24,735 nt of DNA from an uncultured delta proteobacterium (lineage in GTDB: Bacteria; Desulfobacterota; WTBG01; CAIYCZ01): positions 1 through 24,735 of the forward strand of contig CAIYCZ010000015.1 in assembly GCA_903924805.1 (NCBI GenBank), read 5' to 3'. Both the position numbers and the translations under genes were made by a program. The notes below the pieces were generated by a model. That model was not told the origin of the DNA and made no database searches. It saw only the letters and a list, made by a program, of their open reading frames with translations. Positions 17,278 through 24,733 of this stretch are shown here, piece after piece (position 1 is the stretch's first letter; every line of letters starts with the position of its first letter).

Positions 17278-19046
17278 CCCTGCCGTTCTTTACCGGCGGA
17301 CAGGTCATGGGTCTCCTGCCATACCCGGGGTTGCGGTAGTTTCTGAATCGTAGACTCGGGATAGACATGCTGATAGCTGAGAATCTGCTGTGCCATTCTG
17401 CTGAACGCCGGCGCCGCTACCACTCCGCCATAGGTAACCCCTCTGGGCTCATCGATTACCACGACGATGGCGAGCCTGGGGTCGTTAGCCGGAACAAATC
17501 CCACAAAGGAGGAAACGCTTCTGTCCGAGTAGCCCTTTCCGCCCGGGGCTATTTTCTGCGCAGTGCCGGTTTTGCCGGCAACCTCAAATCCCTCTACTGA
17601 TGCATTATGGCCGGTGCCTCCCGGCTGAATAACGGTCTTGAGCATGTCCGTCACTGCCTGCGCGCTCTGCGCAGAAATAACTCTGCGGATAGCCTTTGGC
17701 ACCGTCTCCTGGATGACGGTTCCGTTTTCATCCTTAATCTTTTTTACCAGATAGGGGCGCATCAGCACACCGCCGTTTGCTATTGACGCATATGCGGTGA
17801 CAAGCTGCAGGGCCGTAACCGATATGCCCTGTCCGAATGAGATGGTTCCCAGGTTAATATCGCGCCACTGCGCAGAGGGCGGCACATACCCCGGGACCTC
17901 GCCGGGAAATTCGATGCCCGTCTCCTGGGAGAAACCAAATTTGCAAATGTATTGATAAAAGCGCTCCTTCCCCAGATGCTGGGCGATTTTGCTTGCCCCG
18001 ATATTGCTGGAGTATTTTATAACATCCGTGACACAGAGCAGCCCGTGGGGGTGCACATCGTGAATGATCTTGCCGCCCATGTGGTAGGAACCATTCTCAC
18101 AGTCATACATGTCACCGGGTTTCACCACTCCCTCTTCCAGTGCAGACCCCACCAGAATCGTCTTGAACACAGAGCCCGGCTCAAACACATCGGTTACCGC
18201 CCGGTTCTTCCATATTTCGCCGGAACCGGAATTGCCCTGATTGGGATTAAACACGGGAGCAACCGCCAGTGCCAGGATCGCACCGGTCCGGGGGTCCATA
18301 ATCACTGCCAGCCCGCCTCTGGCTTTAGCCTTTAATACAGCCTCCTGCAGTTCCCTTTCAGCAAGGTACTGAATGTTTTTATCTATAGTCAGAGTGAGGT
18401 CGTATCCGCGGATGGAATCAACGGTCTTTATCCCCTCCGGGAAAAGCTCGCGCCCCAGCGCATCCCGGTTCACCTCAAGATAGCCCGACCTGCCTCTGAT
18501 CTCTTTATCATATTCACGCTCAAGCCCCTCAAGCCCCTGGGAGTCGACGCCCACAAACCCGAGGAGTTGTCCGGCAATCTCCCGGTTTGGATAAAACCGC
18601 TGAGCTTCTTTGATAAAGCCAATTCCCTCAATCTTGAACGCGCGTATCTTGTCTGACTGATCCGGTGAAAGCTGCCTCTTCATCCAGACAAAAGGCTGCT
18701 TGCTCTGAATGATGCTTAAAATTTTATCCCGTGATACTCCTAATATTGAGGACAGTTTCTGTGCCGTATCCTTTTTGTTCCTCACCAGCCGGGGCCGTAC
18801 GTAGAGCGAATCCACGTCAACACTCACCGCCAGTTCCGCACCCGTGCAGTCATAAATAGTACCTCTCCTGTTGCTCAGCGGGACTTTCTTTTTCGCCTGT
18901 CTGTCCAGTCTCCTGATAAGCTCCCCGGATTTGAGCACCTGGAGGGTATAGGCCCGAAACCCTACCACCACCAGCAGGATTAAAAATGCCAGACCTACAA
19001 GTCGTATATTTTTGATGATTTCAGAACGGATTTTAAGTTTTACCAT
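17274..19046 (-). CDS. ftsI: Septal peptidoglycan transpeptidase FtsI (PBP3), no PASTA domains
   Basis: N-terminal TM, RRGTIYD, RFYP, GLEGLE, catalytic SxxK (SVFK), SxN (SSN), KTG. Confidence 0.97.
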   Translation of the reverse strand: MVKLKIRSEIIKNIRLVGLAFLILLVVVGFRAYTLQVLKSGELIRRLDRQAKKKVPLSNRRGTIYDCTGAELAVSVDVDSLYVRPRLVRNKKDTAQKLSSILGVSRDKILSIIQSKQPFVWMKRQLSPDQSDKIRAFKIEGIGFIKEAQRFYPNREIAGQLLGFVGVDSQGLEGLEREYDKEIRGRSGYLEVNRDALGRELFPEGIKTVDSIRGYDLTLTIDKNIQYLAERELQEAVLKAKARGGLAVIMDPRTGAILALAVAPVFNPNQGNSGSGEIWKNRAVTDVFEPGSVFKTILVGSALEEGVVKPGDMYDCENGSYHMGGKIIHDVHPHGLLCVTDVIKYSSNIGASKIAQHLGKERFYQYICKFGFSQETGIEFPGEVPGYVPPSAQWRDINLGTISFGQGISVTALQLVTAYASIANGGVLMRPYLVKKIKDENGTVIQETVPKAIRRVISAQSAQAVTDMLKTVIQPGGTGHNASVEGFEVAGKTGTAQKIAPGGKGYSDRSVSSFVGFVPANDPRLAIVVVIDEPRGVTYGGVVAAPAFSRMAQQILSYQHVYPESTIQKLPQPRVWQETHDLSAGKERQG

Positions 19047-19387
19047 TCCAGGACAATGATTTGTTTATGTTTGGGAGTAACCATCTCCCGGTCGCCGCGG
19101 GCAATCTTTTCAATCCGTGATGACGCACTCAGCGCAGCCCGTTCCACCCGCAGCGCCCTGTTTCCCTGAATGAGGATCCCCTGTTGTTCATGTGCCCGTG
19201 AGATCTGATACCCGGTTTCCAGAATATAAATCCGTATCCACAGCAACATGAAAAAACAGACCAGGATAAAACTTCCCAGGCACAGGGAAAGCAGCGGGTA
19301 TGAACGTCCCTGGCTGCCGGCGCGTCTTACACTCTGGTGTGCCAGGATGTTCGTGTGAATGAATCGTTCGGTAATAACCTGGATCAT
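19040..19387 (-). CDS. ftsL: Cell division protein FtsL
   Basis: Small bitopic protein: TM LLSLCLGSFILVCFFMLLWI, coiled coil, SRIEKIA, located between rsmH and ftsI. Start refined to ATG 19387 behind a GGGGGGA RBS. Confidence 0.88.
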   Translation of the reverse strand: MIQVITERFIHTNILAHQSVRRAGSQGRSYPLLSLCLGSFILVCFFMLLWIRIYILETGYQISRAHEQQGILIQGNRALRVERAALSASSRIEKIARGDREMVTPKHKQIIVLEW

Positions 19388-19449
19388 GATGTCCCCCCGG
19401 GTGATAAAATCCAAAATTCTGATTTTAAAATTCCAAATACTATTTACTA

Positions 19450-20391
19450 TTACACCTTCTCTGCCACCCGCAGTTTTGCACTCCGCGACCGCGGATTAGC
19501 CTGTATTTCAGCGGGTGCTGGTACCACCGGTTTTCTGGTAATAATGGTAACCTTCGGTGTTCCGCCGCACACGCACTGGGGCATACGGGGCGGGCACGTA
19601 CACCCTTTTCCCCACTGCCGCAGCTTGTGCTTGACGATTCTGTCTTCAAGTGAATGAAAAGATATGGCGCACAGCCTTCCGCCCGGTCTGAGCAGGTCCA
19701 GCGCTTCGTCCAGTCCGGTGTGGAGGTTCTGCAGTTCATCATTGACTGCGATGCGTAATGCCTGAAACGTTTTAGTGGCAGGATGAATCTTTGCGGGAAA
19801 ATGTCTGCGCGGAAGCGCGTGTACAATGATGTCGGAAAGTTCTGCGGTGGTGGCAATGGGCCCCTCTGTTCTGCGCTTCAGGATATGCCGGGCTATCCGC
19901 TTCGCCCAGCGCTCTTCGCCAAAGCTGCGCAGCATTTCTGCAAGTTCTGGCTCGGACGAGCTGTTTATAATATCTTTTGCCTGCACGGAGGTGTTTTGAT
20001 CCATTCTCATATCCAGCGGCCCATCACCCATAAAACTGAATCCCCGCGAGGGATCGTTCAATTGCATTGAGGAAACACCAAGGTCAAAAAGGATTCCATC
20101 AATCTGATGGATAGGTATCGTATTGAGTATGGTTTTTAGTTCTGTAAAATTTCCCTGCACTACCGTTACCCGGTCATGAAATGGTTCAAGATTTTTTCGG
20201 GCAATGGCAACTGCCCGTGCATCCCTGTCTATCCCCACCAGCAGCGCAATCCCGGGACATGTCTTCAGAAGCTCTCCAGCATGGCCGCCACTGCCTGTTG
20301 TTGCATCAACGTAAATGCCACCATCCGTACAGCGAATATGCTCTATAACTTCCCGCAACAAAACCGGTATATGCCCGCTGTCCGCGTTCAT
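19450..20391 (-). CDS. rsmH: 16S rRNA m4C1402 methyltransferase RsmH (MraW)
   Basis: HIPVL, DATTGSGGHA, FDLGVSSMQL, PLDMRM, TFQALRIAVNDEL, FHSLEDR, NPRSRSAKLR. Confidence 0.99.
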   Translation of the reverse strand: MNADSGHIPVLLREVIEHIRCTDGGIYVDATTGSGGHAGELLKTCPGIALLVGIDRDARAVAIARKNLEPFHDRVTVVQGNFTELKTILNTIPIHQIDGILFDLGVSSMQLNDPSRGFSFMGDGPLDMRMDQNTSVQAKDIINSSSEPELAEMLRSFGEERWAKRIARHILKRRTEGPIATTAELSDIIVHALPRRHFPAKIHPATKTFQALRIAVNDELQNLHTGLDEALDLLRPGGRLCAISFHSLEDRIVKHKLRQWGKGCTCPPRMPQCVCGGTPKVTIITRKPVVPAPAEIQANPRSRSAKLRVAEKV

Positions 20392-20393
20392 GT

Positions 20394-20837
20394 CTACAGC
20401 CTGAGGCGGTTGAGAATTTCACCGATGTCTTCACTGGGCTCCTGGTTCTGGGCCTGGTTGATGGTCTGGTCAAACCGTTCTTTATTCCATATCTCAAAGT
20501 GTTTAATCCGTCCGGCAATAACCACGTCTTTTTCAAGGTGTGCATGAATTCTCAAACTCGGGGGGATGAGAATGCGCCCCTGCTTGTCAGTGGTGCATTC
20601 GGTGGCGTAGGAAATGATCAGACGCTGGAAGTTTCGCACCTCCCGCTTTCCGGTAGGTTGGTTATAAATTTCTTCTTCTACTTTCAGCCATTCTTCCTGA
20701 GGATATACGTAGAGGCACTCATCAAATGTGGTGATGATAAGGCTATCATCATATTTGCGCAGTATCTCGCGGAATTTTACCGGAAGACTGATGCGCCCCT
20801 TTTCATCTATTATATGGTCAAAACGTCCCCTGAACAT
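20394..20837 (-). CDS. mraZ: Division/cell wall cluster transcriptional repressor MraZ
   Basis: Two DxxGR motifs (DEKGRISLP, DKQGRILIP), YVYPQEEW, FEIWN; first gene of the cluster. Confidence 0.98.
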   Translation of the reverse strand: MFRGRFDHIIDEKGRISLPVKFREILRKYDDSLIITTFDECLYVYPQEEWLKVEEEIYNQPTGKREVRNFQRLIISYATECTTDKQGRILIPPSLRIHAHLEKDVVIAGRIKHFEIWNKERFDQTINQAQNQEPSEDIGEILNRLRL

Positions 20838-20859
20838 AGTTGCCTGATGGTATTAAAAA

Positions 20860-20885
20860 CCACTTTATTCCACTTCATCCCACTT
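20860..20885 (-). promoter_or_regulatory. Three MraZ-binding direct repeats (AAGTGG, 10-bp period)
   Basis: Plus strand CCACTT at 20860, 20870 and 20880; minus strand reads AAGTGGGATG AAGTGGAATA AAGTGG. This matches the known GTGGG-type MraZ box array and lies between the promoter and the mraZ start. Confidence 0.88.
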
Positions 20886-20893
20886 TTAGGCGA

Positions 20894-20922
20894 AATATAT
20901 TCCTGTCCGTAACCGATGTCAA
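20894..20922 (-). promoter_or_regulatory. sigma70 promoter of the dcw operon
   Basis: Minus strand TTGACA-N17-TATATT with an A/T-rich upstream tract; the predicted start site (about 20887) abuts the MraZ boxes. Confidence 0.85.
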
Positions 20923-21134
20923 GAAAAAAATGATGTTTTTCTAATGATTTTTAGGCTTTTTTCGAACCAAAAAATTAGCACAACATATGGACGTTCATTG
21001 TCGTATAAATACTAAATATAGTGTCTATTGCGAATAAATATCTTTTAAAGATGTTTGTGGCGGATAAAACATAAAAATATTTTTTAATATTTTTCTTCAT
21101 ATCAGCCTCAAAAATACCCTGCTGTAATAAAAAC

Positions 21135-21163
21135 TTGAAACCTCCACATGAAAGGTATATTTT
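21135..21163 (+). promoter_or_regulatory. Candidate sigma70 promoter for the SPOR gene
   Basis: TTGAAA (21135-21140)-N17-TATTTT (21158-21163). The AT-rich context makes a chance match possible. Confidence 0.35.
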
Positions 21164-21290
21164 GTTGAGTAGCGGTCTGTTCAGTTTTTGCATATAAGAA
21201 TTTTTCTATCGTACCTGTTGCAGATACGAGCAGCGCATCCGGGGCGTTTTTGAAACTGAAGCACTGAAACCATAGCCACCATGATTAGCT

Positions 21291-22412
21291 ATGAAAAAAT
21301 TTTGCTGCCTGTTTTTTCTATTTTTTGTTTGTGCTCTTTTCCCGCTGAGCTCACCATGCTTTAGTGAAAACAAAAAAGCTGCTTCTCCTCCCCCGCTTCC
21401 TGCACAAGAATTATTTTTCACCTTTCAGGTTCAGTCTGTAGCAAATAAAGAGCCGGCACATGCGCTTGAGAACAGACTGGTCCGCAAAGGCTATCCTGCC
21501 TATGTCACACAGTCTCTGGATAAAACCGGGAAGCAGTTCTATCAGATCCGCATCGGAAAGTTCAGCACCCGGAAAGAAGCAGAAGCATCGGCACGCCTTT
21601 TTTATACCAGGGAAAAAATGGCGTACTGGATTACTGCAGCATCCGGAACACAGAGGGCTTCATCCACGACGACAACAATGAATGCTGGTGCTCCTGCAGG
21701 GTCCCCGGACAATGCACCGGGAAAGGTGCCGGCTCCTGCCGCAGCAAAAGAACCGGCAGCGCAGACAGAATCGCTTTCAGGCATTGAGAAGGTGCCGGAT
21801 GAAGAAAAGTATCTGGACCTTGAAAACACTGCCCCTGAGACCCGCAAACAGGAATCAGCGCAGCCATCCGAGCAGCCACCACCGGCAGCCCGGGAACAGG
21901 AGGACACCTCCCGTCAGCAATCCGTCACCAGGATGTATACCTACCGTGGGCCTCAGGGCTCGCTGCATGTCACCAATACGCTTGATAATATCCCGAACGA
22001 GTTTCGGGACGCTATAGAAAGCATCTCCCTGTTCCCGGTTAAAGTTATTTCCTTTAACCAGAAGAAAAAAGTTCTGCTCCTGGATTGTGAAGGGAAGGAA
22101 CTCGAGGTTAAGCTTCTGGGGATTTCTATTCCGTCTGCTGCTGTTGCCGGCAGCGTTTCCACCTATGTTGATAAAAAATTAAAGGGGGCTCCCCTGCGTC
22201 TCAAATACATCCCTGGGCGCAGCGGCGATAAAGACAGAATCCTGTCGGGCAGCCTCTATTTCAGACAGGGCACCCCGGTTAATCTGGAAATGCTCATGCA
22301 GGGAATTGCCCCGTATGACACAGGGCACAGTCCCGTCTCACAGCAAAAAGTATTCACCGAGGCAGAAGCCTTTGCCAGAAAGGAAAAGGCCGGCATCTGG
22401 GCAGGTCAATAA
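21291..22412 (+). CDS. Exported protein: signal peptide + SPOR domain + Pro/Ala/Glu linker + DUF4124-like motif + degenerate thermonuclease (SNase-like) domain
   Basis: Signal-like MKKFCCLFFLFFVCALFPLSSPCFS; SPOR-like FTFQVQSV...LVRKGYPAYV...YQIRIGKFSTRKEAE; MYTYRGPQGSLHVTN..IP.EFR; SNase-like VKLLGISIP, VNLEMLMQGIA, AEAFARKEKAGIW. Confidence 0.85.
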   Translation: MKKFCCLFFLFFVCALFPLSSPCFSENKKAASPPPLPAQELFFTFQVQSVANKEPAHALENRLVRKGYPAYVTQSLDKTGKQFYQIRIGKFSTRKEAEASARLFYTREKMAYWITAASGTQRASSTTTTMNAGAPAGSPDNAPGKVPAPAAAKEPAAQTESLSGIEKVPDEEKYLDLENTAPETRKQESAQPSEQPPPAAREQEDTSRQQSVTRMYTYRGPQGSLHVTNTLDNIPNEFRDAIESISLFPVKVISFNQKKKVLLLDCEGKELEVKLLGISIPSAAVAGSVSTYVDKKLKGAPLRLKYIPGRSGDKDRILSGSLYFRQGTPVNLEMLMQGIAPYDTGHSPVSQQKVFTEAEAFARKEKAGIWAGQ

Positions 22413-22447
22413 GCAGCACTGATGATTATCTCCGTGTGATTTATGCA

Positions 22448-22478
22448 TTGAAAATAGAAATCAAAGAGTATATATAAT
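22448..22478 (+). promoter_or_regulatory. Candidate sigma70 promoter for the TPR gene
   Basis: TTGAAA (22448-22453) with TATATA at 17-nt spacing or TATAAT (22473-22478) at 19-nt spacing. Confidence 0.45.
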
Positions 22479-22503
22479 TCCACTCCATGTATGCTATGCA
22501 GGC

Positions 22504-24276
22504 TTGGGTACACTCATGAAAAAAATATGGCTTGGCTCCAGACCATCTGAAATTAAGGGAAAAGATAAAAATTTTGATCCTGAACCGCGCCTTGATGCTG
22601 GTGCAGGGCCGGAGTCATCTGCGCCTGAGCAGGTAATTATTTCTGCCCGGAAGCCTGCCAGAAAAGCTGCCGGCCTGAAGCGGATTATCTGGCTGCTGCT
22701 TTTCATCATCGGGGTGCTGCTTGGTGTTGTGTTATTTAAGGGGTCACCTGATTTCTCTTCGCAGGATATCAAACATATCTTTTCCCTCCAGGCTGCGCTT
22801 GACCGCGTTGAAGTCGTGTCAGGAGCACAGACGCTCACCATACAAGACGGCGAAACCGTTGAGATTAATTTCAGAGACGGCCTCAGCATAAAAAAAATTA
22901 TCTGCAGGGGATGGTACCGGCTGTTTCCTCCGGATGACATTCAGGCTGAAATCACCGGCGTGGGGAAGCTGCCGGACCCCTATCAGGAAAATATTATCCC
23001 GCTGTTAAAACCTGAAAAGGCAACCTCCGGTGACCTCATGCTGTCAAGGGGAAACACCCGGATTGGCAGGGTGCGTTTTACCCTCAGGCTGGATGCCCGG
23101 GACTGGATTTCACGGGCTGAAGTGGTAGAGGACCGGGAGCTTAAAAACCTCTGCTATAAAAATGCCATTGCCATCAGCCCCTCTTCTGAAGAAGCCCGCA
23201 GCGGTCTTGCCAAAACCTACGAACAGAATAAGCAGGCAGACCGGGCAATTGCAGAATATGAGGAAGTCTTAAAAATTAATCCGGACAATAAAGAAGCGCT
23301 CACCGCCCTTGTCAGCCTGTACAGCCAGAAAAACCGGCGCGCAAAGCTCATTGAAACCTATCAGACACTGGCAAAGCTTGATACCAAAAAAGCAGACAAC
23401 TACTATTACAAAGCCGCTACCGTTGCAGAAAAATCAAATCTGCCCGCTGAGGCACTTGCCCTGTATAAAAAATCCATCGCCGCAAACAGCGCCAATCTCG
23501 ATGCCCGGCAGAAGCTCATTAAAATATATGAGAAACAGAACCAGTGGAACCTGGTAGCAACGCAAACCCAGGAGTTGGTGAAGCTTGATCCCAATAATTC
23601 CAACCTGTATCTCTATCTCTCGGAAGCCTATCTCAAAACCAATCAGCTTGACCAGGCTGTTGCAGCAGTGGAAAAAGCGGCAAAGCTCAACCCGAAGGAT
23701 GCACCGATTCAGCTGCAGTGTGCGCTGCTGTATGAAAAAGCAAAGAAGGAAGACCGGGCTATTCAGGCATACAAAAAACTGGTTGCGATAACCCCCAAAA
23801 ATGCCACGGCGTTTAATAATCTCGGACTGCTCCAGGAAAAAACAGGCGACCGGAAATCAGCTGTTGCCAATTATGAGAAAGCGGTATCCCTTGACCCGGA
23901 CAATACCGTGTTTCTCCTGAATCTTGCGGATGCCTATGAAAAGGAGAAGCAGCGGGACAAAGCCATACAGGTGTATGAGAAAGTAGCACAAGTCGACAAG
24001 AAGAATGCGGGAGCATGGGAGGCTCTGGCAGTCCTCTATCAGAAGGGCGGCAGAAATGCCGATGTCATCAAAGCGTATAAGGAGCTCTCACAGATTGAGC
24101 CTAAAAAAATCCTCTGGCACCAGAAGCTTGCGTCCCTCTATGAAAACGCGGGGAACTATACTGAGGCAAAAAAAGAATATGAAAGGATTCTGAAATTAAA
24201 TCCAAAAGATAAAGAAGCTAAACAGAAGGTGCTTGACCTTTCCATCAAGCGAATCCAGAGAAAGCTGAAAAAATAA
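22504..24276 (+). CDS. Membrane-anchored tetratricopeptide repeat protein (about 10 TPRs)
   Basis: Charged N-tail, single TM IIWLLLFIIGVLLGVVLF, about 130-aa beta-rich segment, then 34-aa periodic repeats ending INPDN, LDPNN, LNPKD, ITPKN, LDPDN, IEPKK, LNPKD. Start is TTG 22504 or ATG 22516. Confidence 0.9.
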   Translation: MGTLMKKIWLGSRPSEIKGKDKNFDPEPRLDAGAGPESSAPEQVIISARKPARKAAGLKRIIWLLLFIIGVLLGVVLFKGSPDFSSQDIKHIFSLQAALDRVEVVSGAQTLTIQDGETVEINFRDGLSIKKIICRGWYRLFPPDDIQAEITGVGKLPDPYQENIIPLLKPEKATSGDLMLSRGNTRIGRVRFTLRLDARDWISRAEVVEDRELKNLCYKNAIAISPSSEEARSGLAKTYEQNKQADRAIAEYEEVLKINPDNKEALTALVSLYSQKNRRAKLIETYQTLAKLDTKKADNYYYKAATVAEKSNLPAEALALYKKSIAANSANLDARQKLIKIYEKQNQWNLVATQTQELVKLDPNNSNLYLYLSEAYLKTNQLDQAVAAVEKAAKLNPKDAPIQLQCALLYEKAKKEDRAIQAYKKLVAITPKNATAFNNLGLLQEKTGDRKSAVANYEKAVSLDPDNTVFLLNLADAYEKEKQRDKAIQVYEKVAQVDKKNAGAWEALAVLYQKGGRNADVIKAYKELSQIEPKKILWHQKLASLYENAGNYTEAKKEYERILKLNPKDKEAKQKVLDLSIKRIQRKLKK

Positions 24277-24313
24277 ATTCCTCCTTTTTATAAAGGAAGG
24301 TTGGGAGGGATTT
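24275..24313. repeat. REP-like purine/pyrimidine palindromic element right after the TPR stop (possible terminator)
   Basis: AAATTCCTCCTTTTTATAAAGGAAGGTTGGGAGGGATTT. It can form an inner stem TCCTTT/AAAGGA or an outer 10-bp stem AAATTCCTCC/GGAGGGATTT. Confidence 0.6.
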
Positions 24314-24386
24314 CTAAAGAGGGGGCAGGGAATTTTTTTGAATGCTGTGCGTCCGGATGGCACAAGCTGATTTCGCTCTTTGAATA

Positions 24387-24415
24387 TTGACCGGCAGTAC
24401 AAAAAAGAGTATAAA
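24387..24415 (+). promoter_or_regulatory. sigma70 promoter of tRNA-Arg
   Basis: TTGACC-N17-TATAAA ending 21 nt upstream of the tRNA. Confidence 0.7.
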
Positions 24416-24436
24416 TAGAACACTATATAAAACAGT

Positions 24437-24513
24437 GCGCCCGTAGCTCAGTTGGATAGAGTGCCGGACTACGAATCCGAAGGTCGGAGGTTCGAATCCT
24501 CTCGGGCGCGCCA
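24437..24513 (+). tRNA. tRNA-Arg (anticodon ACG), CCA encoded
   Basis: Acceptor stem GCGCCCG/CGGGCGC, D-loop AGTTGGATA (A20 Arg identity element), anticodon loop CTACGAA, T-loop TTCGAAT, 77 nt. Confidence 0.98.
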
Positions 24514-24522
24514 AAATATTAC

Positions 24523-24565
24523 AATGGGTTAGACGACATTACAGAGGTCATCTAACCCATTTTTT
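24523..24565 (+). terminator. Intrinsic terminator-like hairpin after tRNA-Arg
   Basis: Perfect 11-bp stem AATGGGTTAGA (24523-24533)/TCTAACCCATT (24551-24561), with an extra GAC/GTC stem and a T-run. Confidence 0.7.
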
Positions 24566-24607
24566 ATGCCTTTATCTAACAGATTTCTAACCAAATGTGG
24601 GGGATAA

Positions 24608-24733
24608 TTATTTTTTCTTAAATAATAATTTTTCTAACTGCAAGATATTAATATCTCTTAGAACTATATTCATAATCATCATATTAAAAAGAATTTTATT
24701 TTCACTTCCTACAATTTCCTCCACATTATTGGC
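24608..24733 (-). CDS. 3' end of a low-GC hypothetical ORF entering from the right edge (partial)
   Basis: Minus strand is open for 41 codons (ANNVEEIVGSENKILFNMMIMNIVLRDINILQLEKLLFKKK) to TAA at 24610-24608, in DNA of about 22% GC where stops should be frequent. Confidence 0.5.
   Translation of the reverse strand, partial: ANNVEEIVGSENKILFNMMIMNIVLRDINILQLEKLLFKKK

Noticed and set aside
59-20912. Many track ORFs overlapping dcw genes on the opposite strand or in other frames (e.g. 3239..3820, 7815..8429, 9463..10350, 12586..13281)
   Set aside because: They are shadows of well-supported genes, with no motifs or RBS; long antisense frames are expected at this GC content.
21036-21056. Imperfect palindrome AAATATCTTT-T-AAAGATGTTT in the divergent promoter region
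   Set aside because: AT-rich context makes such palindromes common, and I can assign no regulator.
21281-21364. Out-of-frame hydrophobic uORF and T6 runs at the SPOR gene start, suggesting phase variation
   Set aside because: The runs are short and explained by Phe-rich signal peptide codons; the main frame already has a good signal peptide.
24358-24378. TGGCAC resembling a sigma54 -24 element upstream of the tRNA
   Set aside because: No GC at the -12 position (GG-N10-TT), and a good sigma70 promoter lies just downstream.
24314-24514. 66-aa minus-strand ORF ([13 protein letters not shown]...)
   Set aside because: It is the antisense reading of tRNA-Arg, a known artefact.
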